A DNA stretch of 64,000 nucleotides, taken from positions 288,001-352,000 of the forward strand of contig CAXXWX010000015.1 of assembly GCA_963675745.2 (NCBI GenBank), given 5' to 3'. Under the pieces are notes generated by a model. The model searched no databases, was not told the DNA's origin, and worked only from the letters and a program-made list of their open reading frames with translations. This document shows, one piece after another, positions 17,822 to 26,064 of this stretch. The stretch is from Phycisphaerae bacterium. Lineage in GTDB: Bacteria > Planctomycetota > Phycisphaerae > UBA1845 > Fen-1342. How positions within the stretch are numbered: position 1 is the stretch's first letter; each line of letters begins with the position of its first letter. Made by a program: the position numbers and the translations under genes.

Positions 17822-19567
17822 CTAGTCCTTGGCCGGCAGCGGGCCGGCCAGCAGCTCGAACTCGTCCAGCGGTGACCGGTCGCCGGTCAGGATGGTCTCG
17901 ATGTTCATGCGCAGCTTGGGCATCTCGGCCTCGATGAAGCGGTGCGCAACGCGGCGCTTGCGCTCGTTCACGGCCGCTTGACGCAGGAACAGATGGCCGA
18001 CAATCACGGCGATGGCCGAATCAACCAGCCGGCGCGCCGACAGGTCCAGGTAGTCGTTGCCACGCTCCTTGACGAAGGTGATCGCTTTGAGCACCTCATC
18101 CTTGGCGAGCTCGAGCTTCTGCTTGAGGTACACCAGCTCCTCGTGCTCGTAATTGATGGCCTCGTACTGGTCGACGACCTTCTCGAACGAGCCCGAGCAC
18201 ACGCCGCGCACCGCCGCCACAAGCTGCAACTGGCTGGTGCCCTCGTAAATCGTCGTGATGCGCGCATCACGCAGGTAACGCTCGGCCGGGTAGTCCTGCA
18301 TGTATCCCGAACCACCCAGAACCTGGAGGGCGGTGTCGGCCACGCGCGTACACATCTCGGAGCTGTAGTACTTGCTCATCGGCGTGAACATGCCGTTAAC
18401 GCGCTTGAGCGACCGGGCGCGCTGCTTGGCTTCCTTGAGCTCGCCACTGTCCGTGATCACGCCCGTTTCCATCCGGCGCGCGTTGTTGTTCTCCAGATCG
18501 CACCCGAAGCTGGTCTCATAGGTCAGCGCGCGGGCCGCCTCGATCGCAATCTTCATATCGGTGATCAGCTCAGCCACCGCCGGCAGGCGCTCGATCGGCC
18601 CACCGAACTGCTTGCGCGAGTGGGCATAATCGCGCGCCAGGCGATAGGCGGCTTCGGCGATGCCCAGGGATTGGGCGGCAATGCCAACGCGGGCCCCGTT
18701 CATCAGTGCCATGACGTAGGTGATCAACCCGCGCTGACGCTCACCAACCAACTTCGCGGGTACGTCGTCATAAACCAACTCGCACGTCGGAGAGCCATGG
18801 ATGCCCAGCTTGTGCTCCAAGTGGCGGACTTTGACGCGATCGGAGCGGTCCACCAGAAACAGGCTCAGCCCCCGACCGTCGGCGATCTCCGGTTCACTGC
18901 GCGCCAGCGTCAGCAGCACCTCGCCACAACCATTCGTGATAAAGCGCTTGACGCCACGCAGGTACCAATTGCCGCTATCGTCCTGAAAGGCCTTCAAGCG
19001 AACCGCCTGAAGGTCGCTGCCCGCATCCGGCTCGGTAAGCACCATCGCGCCGGTAACTTCGCCGCGCGCGAAACGCGGCAGATACTCGTCGCGAATCTCG
19101 TCGTTGGCAAAAGCGTAAATCGTTTCGGCGATGCCCTGAAGGCCGAAGATGTTCATCAGCGAGCCGTCCGCCCGGCTGACCATCTCGATCGCCATCGTAT
19201 AGACCAGGTTGGGGCAGTTCAGACCCTGGTATTTCCGCGGCAGCGTGAACCCCATCAGGTCGGCCTGGCCCAGACGCTTTATGTTGTCGGCGACGTGTGG
19301 GTGCAGCGTAACCGTGCCGTCGTCGTTGAGCGTGTTCCCGTCGGCATCGATCTCCTCGGCGCGCGGCGCGATTATGTTGGCCGAGACGTCACCCACGATC
19401 TTGAGCACGCGCTCATAGCTGTCGATGGCGTCATCGGCGTCAAGCGGGGCGTCATCGCACTCGCGATCGCGCGTGAAGTCATCCTCCTGCAACGCCGCGA
19501 TCTGCGCCAGCGGCATATGGCCGAAGAGGAATTGCATGTCTTCGTTGTCGAGGAAGAAATTGCCCAT
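17822..19567 (-). CDS. Acyl-CoA dehydrogenase (long form with C-terminal extension)
   Basis: MVLTEPDAGSDL, KRFITNG, KLGIHGSPT, QVLGGSGY and RDARITTIYEGTSQ. Confidence 0.95.
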   Translation of the reverse strand: MGNFFLDNEDMQFLFGHMPLAQIAALQEDDFTRDRECDDAPLDADDAIDSYERVLKIVGDVSANIIAPRAEEIDADGNTLNDDGTVTLHPHVADNIKRLGQADLMGFTLPRKYQGLNCPNLVYTMAIEMVSRADGSLMNIFGLQGIAETIYAFANDEIRDEYLPRFARGEVTGAMVLTEPDAGSDLQAVRLKAFQDDSGNWYLRGVKRFITNGCGEVLLTLARSEPEIADGRGLSLFLVDRSDRVKVRHLEHKLGIHGSPTCELVYDDVPAKLVGERQRGLITYVMALMNGARVGIAAQSLGIAEAAYRLARDYAHSRKQFGGPIERLPAVAELITDMKIAIEAARALTYETSFGCDLENNNARRMETGVITDSGELKEAKQRARSLKRVNGMFTPMSKYYSSEMCTRVADTALQVLGGSGYMQDYPAERYLRDARITTIYEGTSQLQLVAAVRGVCSGSFEKVVDQYEAINYEHEELVYLKQKLELAKDEVLKAITFVKERGNDYLDLSARRLVDSAIAVIVGHLFLRQAAVNERKRRVAHRFIEAEMPKLRMNIETILTGDRSPLDEFELLAGPLPAKD

Positions 19568-19651
19568 CAAAAAAGCCCTCAGCTTTCAGCTAACAGCCGT
19601 CAGTCATGCGGTTACGTCGGCGTCCCGTTGGTGGAGACCATGCGCAGGTCC

Positions 19652-20719
19652 TCAGAGGCCGGCGGCCTGTGCCACATCGTCATCCGCCGTCGCGCGTTCC
19701 TTGATGGCCTTGACCATCATCGGGATGATCTGGTTCAGGTCGCCGACGATGCCGTAATGCGCGACTGACAGGATCGGGGCCTCTGGATCCAGGTTGATCG
19801 CGACAATCTTGGCGGACTCTTCCATGCCGGCGCGATGCTGGATGGCGCCGCTGATGCCGCAGGCCACGTAGAGCGCGGGCCGCACCGTCGTGCCGGTTTG
19901 TCCCACCTGGTGCGCCTTGTCGATGAATCCGCCGTCGACGGCCGCCCGCGACGCGCCCACCGCCCCGCCCAGCGCACCGGCGAGGTCGTGGATTATCCGG
20001 AAGTTGTCCTTGCTGCCAACGCCGCCACCGCCGGCCACAATCGTGCGGGCGGCCTTCAGATTCACCTTGCGCTCTTCGCGGTGCCGCTCGATGATGCGCA
20101 ACGGGAAGTCCTTGTCATCGTCAAAGGCGACCTTTTCCTGCACGACCTCACCCGTGCGCGTCGGGTCACCTTCGAGCAACGGCATCACACCCTCGCGCAC
20201 GGTCGCCATTTGCGGCCAGCGGTCGTAGTTGATGATCGTCGCGATAATATTCCCGCCAAAGGCCGGCCGGATCTGGAGCAGCAGGTTCTTGTGAACCTCC
20301 TTCGTCTTCAGCTCGGTGTAATCGCCGAGATCGAGATCAGTGCAGTCGGCCGTCAGGCCCGCGCGCATCTGCGAGGCCACGCGCGGCGCCAGATCGCGGC
20401 CCAGGTGCGTCGCTCCATAGAGCACGATCTGCGGCTTGTGCCTGCTGATCAGCTCGCAAACCACCTTCGCATAGGGCTGGGTCTGGTAGTGATCGATGCG
20501 GCGGTCTTCGACCAGGTACACATTGTCGGCCCCGTAAGCGATGAGCCGCGCTGACAACTCGCGAACTTCCCAACCGGGCAGGACCGCCCCGACCTTTACG
20601 CCGAGCTTGTCCGCCAGTTGGCGCGCTTTGCCCAGCAATTCAAGCGAGACGTCGTGCAGAGCACCGTCTTCCTGCTCGGCAAACACCCAGACCTCGCCAT
20701 CTCTGTTAACGTCGATCAT
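19652..20719 (-). CDS. etfA: Electron transfer flavoprotein alpha subunit
   Basis: GRDLAPR, GLTADCT, RPAFGGN and QVGQTGTTVRPALYVACGISGAIQH. Confidence 0.95.
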   Translation of the reverse strand: MIDVNRDGEVWVFAEQEDGALHDVSLELLGKARQLADKLGVKVGAVLPGWEVRELSARLIAYGADNVYLVEDRRIDHYQTQPYAKVVCELISRHKPQIVLYGATHLGRDLAPRVASQMRAGLTADCTDLDLGDYTELKTKEVHKNLLLQIRPAFGGNIIATIINYDRWPQMATVREGVMPLLEGDPTRTGEVVQEKVAFDDDKDFPLRIIERHREERKVNLKAARTIVAGGGGVGSKDNFRIIHDLAGALGGAVGASRAAVDGGFIDKAHQVGQTGTTVRPALYVACGISGAIQHRAGMEESAKIVAINLDPEAPILSVAHYGIVGDLNQIIPMMVKAIKERATADDDVAQAAGL

Positions 20720-20794
20720 CTTGCCTCCTCGGCACCACCCGCGTGGGCTGGAATCCCGAGTACTAAGCCCCGTCGAGTCCACAGAGCCGGCCGC

Positions 20795-20860
20795 CTGCCA
20801 CTGCTCTGTCGGCCATGCTTCTGCGGCGACCGCACAACACGGCTCACAGAGCCGTGGCAC
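20795..20860. repeat. REP doublet family 2 (CACGGCTCACAGAGCCGTGGCAC), left arm degenerate
   Basis: Right arm is identical to the copy at 25374-25396. Confidence 0.8.
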
Positions 20861-20887
20861 ACGCGCAGTCGGCGCTCATCGCCGGCC

Positions 20888-21808
20888 CTAGCCCAGCGTA
20901 TGGTCCTTCACCAGCTCTGATATCATCCGCCGCACCCCGTCCTCTGTCGGCGGAATCTCGGTGTACCCTTCCTTGGTCAGCACTATCGACTGCACGCGGT
21001 GTACCTTGGTCGGTGATCCGGACAGGCCACACCACTGCATGTCCGCCGCGATATCGTCAAGATCCCACTGGTCAAGCATCAGCCCGCGCGGCCGCAGCGC
21101 CTCGGCGAGCCGTTCGGCCTCCGCCTCGACCTTGCCATTGTCGGCGTCTTTCAGGTTGGCTTTGGCCGCGCCGATCAGCTCGATGCGCGTGCGGGCCCGC
21201 TTGTACTTCATGACGCGTTTGGCACCCTGCGGCCGTGGCATATTGGCCGTATCGAGCACGGTCACCAACACAGGCAGACCGACCTCAACAATCTCCCAGC
21301 CGTTGCCCACATTTCGCCGCAGCCGGGCGGTTTTTCCGTCCAGCGCGACGACCTGTTCCAGGTACGTGACCTGCGGGATGCCGAGCTTCTCGGCACACTG
21401 GGGCCCGACCTGCGCCGTGTCGCCGTCGATCGCCTGGCGGCCGCAGAACACGAAATCATAGCTACCCAGCTTTTTGATGGCGCAGGCGAGGATGTAGCTG
21501 GTCGCCAGCGTGTCGCTGGCCGCCGCGCGGCGATCGGTGATCAGGACCGCTCGATCGACGCCGCGGTAGAGGCACTCGCGCAAGACCTCGCTCGCCGCCG
21601 GCGGCCCCATCGTCACCACGGTCACGCTCCCGCCGTGCGCGTCGCGGATTTGCAGGGCTGTTTCCAGCGCGTGCAGATCCTCGGGGTTGAAGATGGCCGG
21701 CAGCGCGGCGCGGTTGACGGTTCCGTCTTCCTTCATTGCCTCGGCCGTGACATTGGCCGTATCGGGCACCTGTTTTACGCATACAATGCAGTCGTAAGGC
21801 ACGAGCAC
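20888..21808 (-). CDS. etfB: Electron transfer flavoprotein beta subunit
   Basis: CVKQVPDT, NPED, SDTLATS and GRQAIDGDTAQVGP. Confidence 0.95.
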   Translation of the reverse strand: MLVPYDCIVCVKQVPDTANVTAEAMKEDGTVNRAALPAIFNPEDLHALETALQIRDAHGGSVTVVTMGPPAASEVLRECLYRGVDRAVLITDRRAAASDTLATSYILACAIKKLGSYDFVFCGRQAIDGDTAQVGPQCAEKLGIPQVTYLEQVVALDGKTARLRRNVGNGWEIVEVGLPVLVTVLDTANMPRPQGAKRVMKYKRARTRIELIGAAKANLKDADNGKVEAEAERLAEALRPRGLMLDQWDLDDIAADMQWCGLSGSPTKVHRVQSIVLTKEGYTEIPPTEDGVRRMISELVKDHTLG

Positions 21809-22271
21809 GTCTCCCTGAGCAGATAATCAGCGGGAAGCTAGCACGCGTGACCACCAGCGTCAAGAACAAGGCCCCGGCCGCCATCTGCGTCGGGTCCGTG
21901 ACAGTTTAGGCGGGAATTCCGCGCCGGTGGTTTCCGAGTCATGTGCCCCGTAGGGACGACGTGCCTACCATCCGCCGATTGTGTCACGGGCCCATCTGCG
22001 TCGCGGTGTGGCGGTATTTACGACACGGCAGACGTGGATTCTCCCTGTCTCCAGCGGAAACCCGACGCCACTGACCTCCTCGCCGGCGGTGAGAGTGTCT
22101 GACGTCGCAGTTGCCTTGTCGCCGTGGAACCGTATCATTTCGATACTGTTTAGTGGGTATTCACCAGCACCAATGAGCCGCGGGCCTGATGCCCGCGCGG
22201 CGACACGTTCAGCGGCCGGTCGCGCGACAGCCTGACGCCGGCCGCCGTGGAAGCTGCACCTGGAGAGCATT

Positions 22272-23045
22272 ATGGGTTTGATGGACGGCAAGAAGGGCAT
22301 GATTTTCGGCGTGGCCAATGACCGGTCGCTGGCATGGCATATCGCCGAACGGCTGCACGAAGAGGGCGCGGAGCTGGGCTTCACGCACCTGCCGCCGCCC
22401 AAGATGGAACGTCGCGTGCGCATTCTGGCCGAGCCGATCGGCGCCAAGTGCATCGTGCCCTGCGACGTGCAGGATGACGAGCAGATCAAGCAGGCGTTTC
22501 AGGCGGCCAACAAGGCGATGGGCCATCTCGATTTCGTGGTGCACGCGATCGCATACGCCAACCGGGCCGCGTTGCACAACCCCTACTACAAAACCAGCCG
22601 CGAGGATTTTCAACAGGCGATGGACATCAGCGCCTACTCGCTGGTGGCGTTGTGCCATTGGGGGCTGCGCTATCTCAACGAGGGGGCGAGCATCCTCACG
22701 CTGAGTTACCTCGGCTCGGTCAAGGTGATCCCGGGCTATAACGTCATGGGCGTGTGCAAGGCGGCGCTCGAATCCTCCACGCGTTACCTCGCCGCCGACC
22801 TCGGCCGCGAGCATCACGTGCGCGTCAACGCCCTGTCGGCCGGCCCGGTGCAGACGCTCTCCGCCGCCGGCGTCGGCGGCTTCGACAAAGTTCTCCGCCA
22901 CTACCCGCACAAATCGCCGCTGCACCGCAATATCCGCGGCCACGAAGTCGGCTCCGCCGGGCTGTACCTGCTCAGCGACCTTTCCAGCGGCGTAACCGGC
23001 GAAGTCCACTACGTCGACGCGGGCTACAACACCGTCGGCTGGTAG
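22272..23045 (+). CDS. fabI: Enoyl-ACP reductase (NADH)
   Basis: GVANDRSLAW, DISAYSL, YNVMGVCKAALES and GVTGEVHYVDAG. Confidence 0.96.
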   Translation: MGLMDGKKGMIFGVANDRSLAWHIAERLHEEGAELGFTHLPPPKMERRVRILAEPIGAKCIVPCDVQDDEQIKQAFQAANKAMGHLDFVVHAIAYANRAALHNPYYKTSREDFQQAMDISAYSLVALCHWGLRYLNEGASILTLSYLGSVKVIPGYNVMGVCKAALESSTRYLAADLGREHHVRVNALSAGPVQTLSAAGVGGFDKVLRHYPHKSPLHRNIRGHEVGSAGLYLLSDLSSGVTGEVHYVDAGYNTVGW

Positions 23046-23113
23046 GGCACGTCGAGCGCGGCGAGACGTGCCGATTCGCCGGCGCTCAACAACGCGATTG
23101 GCGGACGGGTAGC

Positions 23114-23165
23114 AAGGGACCGAGGGATTGAGGGAACGGGGAACGGGGAACGGGGAACGGGGGAT
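23114..23165. repeat. Heptamer tandem repeat (GGGAACG)n
   Basis: Four GGGAACG units preceded by degenerate AGGGA units. Confidence 0.85.
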
Positions 23166-23299
23166 GCCGCTAATTGGCCTTATTCTTAATCCCTCCTGTT
23201 CCTTAGTCCCCGCACCGTATGAACGCATCCGCCTGTTCGCGTACGCTGCACGCCCGGACTATCATGGCGTCATCGGATTACGCCGAGCAGGGGAACGCC

Positions 23300-23896
23300 A
23301 TGTCCAACCGCCAACCACCGACCATCAGCAACCTGCCACCACGCCTGGCGGCGACCTTCGCACTGATTCCGATCAGCTTCGGCGTGGCATTCATTGCAGT
23401 ACTCGCTGAAGCGATGCTGCCGTGGAACCTCGGGGAATGGTACGGATTGTCAGCGCTAATTCTCCCTGTACTCGTGTTCCACATAGGTGGCCAGGCGATT
23501 TGGTGGGGTACGGTTGATTGGACATTCCGGCGCCGGTTGGCTGTATTCGGTGCGAATCTTGTGTGGTTCATGTTGCTCGTCTCTATTCACGGCGTCATGT
23601 ACTTCGCGGATGAGGGTGCATACGTGTATGCGCTCCTCGTGACGCTCATCGCCAGCCCGGCCATCCTTCTAGTCATCAATCGGGTATGTTGGTCACCGCC
23701 ACGCCACAGCGCGCTCGTGGGCGCGGTGCCCTGCCCCAGGTGTGGTCATGATCTGCGCGGCGAGGGACGCTGCGGGTGTGGCGAGTGCCACACTGAGTTT
23801 ACGCTTGCAGAGCTCGTGGAATCCACACGGGTCGCCAGAGCGCTGAACCTACCCGGGCAACAGCGACCGTGTGCACACAAGGTGGCCGGCGGATGA
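23300..23896 (+). CDS. 4-TM membrane protein with C-terminal zinc ribbon, paralog 1
   Basis: LPPRL, IWWGTVDWT..R, CWSPP, CPRCGHDLRGEGRCGCGEC and TLAEL. Confidence 0.8.
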   Translation: MSNRQPPTISNLPPRLAATFALIPISFGVAFIAVLAEAMLPWNLGEWYGLSALILPVLVFHIGGQAIWWGTVDWTFRRRLAVFGANLVWFMLLVSIHGVMYFADEGAYVYALLVTLIASPAILLVINRVCWSPPRHSALVGAVPCPRCGHDLRGEGRCGCGECHTEFTLAELVESTRVARALNLPGQQRPCAHKVAGG

Positions 23897-24468
23897 ACCA
23901 AACCAAACAAACGCGGTCTGGACCGCTTCACCCCCGCCTGGCGATCAGTTTCCTGCTGCTTCCCCTGTCACTCGGCGTGATCGGCATGCTGTGGGCCGCC
24001 GCTACGTATCTCGTTAGCGACCTACGCCTACCAGCCGCTACGGTTGTTTTCTGCGCGGCGGCTGTCTTGGCCGCCCTTCTGCCGCCGGGCATCGCATACG
24101 TTGGCGGGGTTCTTCTCTGGGCGCCTACCGTTCGCTGGACACGGCGGCGGCGGCCTTCCATGCGATTGCTGCATCTCGCGGCGGCCGTCACGATGGCCGC
24201 CGGACTGGGAGTCACAATCCTCTCCAGTGTGTTTTGGCTTTTCCTCGTGCTTTTTGCCAGCTCGCTGATACTCGCCGGGATCGCGCTCATCGTCATGAAT
24301 CGCATCTGCTACGATCCGCCGGACGTGGGCGACGAGATGCCTTGCCCGGCGTGCGGCTATGACCTGCGTGGACAGCGCGAGTGCCGCTGTCCGGAGTGCG
24401 GCCGGCGCTACACCGTCGGCGAACTCGTGAACCGTAGCCAGTTGCTGGACCCGCTGGGGTGCTACTGA
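23893..24468 (+). CDS. 4-TM membrane protein with C-terminal zinc ribbon, paralog 2
   Basis: ATGA overlap with paralog 1. LHPRL, LWAPTVRWT..R, CYDPP, CPACGYDLRGQRECRCPECG and TVGEL. Confidence 0.85.
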   Translation: MNQTKQTRSGPLHPRLAISFLLLPLSLGVIGMLWAAATYLVSDLRLPAATVVFCAAAVLAALLPPGIAYVGGVLLWAPTVRWTRRRRPSMRLLHLAAAVTMAAGLGVTILSSVFWLFLVLFASSLILAGIALIVMNRICYDPPDVGDEMPCPACGYDLRGQRECRCPECGRRYTVGELVNRSQLLDPLGCY

Positions 24469-24620
24469 CCTCATGCGGATCGCGGTGGGCGCGAGAGTCA
24501 GTCCCCCACGGCAAGCCATGGGGCACCCGCCCCGGCACTGGCGAATGACGTGGCGCGCTCGCCTGCGCGCGCGGCTCGGGGTAGCATGGCGCGACCGGAC
24601 CGCCGTGAACTGGAAACGCT

Positions 24621-25262
24621 ATGCCTGTTACGCGAGATCACACCACCGGCGATTCACCGCCGCATCGGCGGCGGCAGATCGGCTTGCTGCACCCGCGCCT
24701 GGTCGCCACTATCGCGCTGCTGCCGCTGACGGGCGGCGTGCTGATCATCGAAGCGTTCATCTGCGATTGGCTGCGCATCGACCCCGACCGGCCCCTGACG
24801 GTGCTGATCTTCATGACGCCGATGGTGTGCTTCAACGCCGGTCTGCTGCTGATCTGGTGGCGCACCATCAAATGGACCGCAAGCCGCCGGCTGAAGGTGG
24901 CGGCAATTCTTCTCGGCCTGCTCGCGCTGTACACCCCGGCCGCCGCGTACCTGCTTATGGCCAACGACGACGACGTGGGCATCTTGCTGTGCCTGAGCGT
25001 CAGTTTCACGGGCGGGGCGGTGGCGATGGTACTCATCAGCGCGGTCTGCTGGACCCCGCCGGGCAACCCGATCACGCCGCGTCCGGTGCCGTGCCCGCAA
25101 TGCGGACACGACCTGCGCGGGCAGCGCTCGTGCCGGTGCGGCGCCTGTGGCTATCAGGCCACGCTCGCCGAGCTGGCCGCATCAAAGGCCGTCGCCGACG
25201 CCTTGGGGCTGGATACGGACGCGCTCACAGCCCAGTCTGCCAAGACGATTGGTATCACGTAA
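24621..25262 (+). CDS. 4-TM membrane protein with C-terminal zinc ribbon, paralog 3
   Basis: LHPRL, IWWRTIKWT..R, CWTPP, CPQCGHDLRGQRSCRCGACG and TLAEL. Confidence 0.85.
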   Translation: MPVTRDHTTGDSPPHRRRQIGLLHPRLVATIALLPLTGGVLIIEAFICDWLRIDPDRPLTVLIFMTPMVCFNAGLLLIWWRTIKWTASRRLKVAAILLGLLALYTPAAAYLLMANDDDVGILLCLSVSFTGGAVAMVLISAVCWTPPGNPITPRPVPCPQCGHDLRGQRSCRCGACGYQATLAELAASKAVADALGLDTDALTAQSAKTIGIT

Positions 25263-25322
25263 GGCGCCACGCCGGAGTCGTCGCAGAATGGCTGATCTTC
25301 CGCCGCACAGAGAACCTCGCGC

Positions 25323-25396
25323 GTGCCACGGCTCTGTGAGCCGTGCCTGTCCCGCCACGGGCCTTGCCGAAAACACGGCTCACAGAGCCGTGGCAC
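25323..25396. repeat. REP doublet family 2 (inverted pair)
   Basis: GTGCCACGGCTCTGTGAGCCGTG ... CACGGCTCACAGAGCCGTGGCAC, a perfect 23-bp inverted pair. Confidence 0.9.
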
Positions 25397-26022
25397 ACAT
25401 CGCAGACTCGTCGGGCCCGGATACCCGGCGGACGCGCAGACCGGCGACACTCGGCGGCTCGATTCATCCGCGCATCGTGGCCACCGTGGCACTGCTACCC
25501 TTCGGCCTGGGCATCGAAATCCCCCTCGTGTTCATGTACGCCTACTACAGCTCACGCGTGTTCAGCCCGGCGGGCAGTAACGCGCTCGCACAGGTATCTC
25601 TGATGGCCATGATTTGTGTGCCCGCGGTGGTGTTTTATGGCGGAGCGCTTGCCATCTGGTGGCCAACCGTGCGCTGGACGCCGGCGCGCCAACTCGCGGC
25701 CGTGATGGCTACGGGCGTTCTCGGTGCCGCGGTCGTGGTGGGCATGCTTGTTTCCGGCTGGTTTATGTCCGCAATTGGCATGCTTGCCACCGCCGTGGCG
25801 TGCGTTGTCGGCGGATCTGTTGCGATGGTCATCCTGTACTGCGTCTGCTGGTCGCCGCCGGTCGGGTCCGGCGGCCCGAGCGACGTGCGCTGCCTGGAGT
25901 GCCTGTACGACATGCGCGGGCAGCACGAATGCCGCTGCCCGGAGTGCGGCGCGTCGTTCACCGTCGCGGAACTGCTTTGCCGGGGAGATTACGCGCCACC
26001 GATCGGCCTGGATTGGCGCTGA
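25390..26022 (+). CDS. 4-TM membrane protein with C-terminal zinc ribbon, paralog 4 (start uncertain: GTG 25390 or ATG 25288)
   Basis: IHPRI, IWWPTVRWT..R, CWSPP, CLECLYDMRGQHECRCPECG and TVAEL. Confidence 0.8.
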   Translation: MAHIADSSGPDTRRTRRPATLGGSIHPRIVATVALLPFGLGIEIPLVFMYAYYSSRVFSPAGSNALAQVSLMAMICVPAVVFYGGALAIWWPTVRWTPARQLAAVMATGVLGAAVVVGMLVSGWFMSAIGMLATAVACVVGGSVAMVILYCVCWSPPVGSGGPSDVRCLECLYDMRGQHECRCPECGASFTVAELLCRGDYAPPIGLDWR

Positions 26023-26064
26023 GCTCAGGATTCAAGCGGTAGACATCCAGGGGAGGATTACGCC

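Noticed and set aside
17942..19768. 608-aa + strand ORF, and similar long ORFs at 6654-8303, 28721-29884, 50152-51591, 51963-53507 and 53556-54896
   Set aside because: Antisense shadows of well-supported genes, expected in high-GC DNA, with no recognisable motifs.
21809..22271. Long etfB-fabI intergenic region as a possible riboswitch or sRNA
   Set aside because: It has GC-rich hairpin potential, but I recognise no family motif. An Infernal/Rfam scan would be needed.
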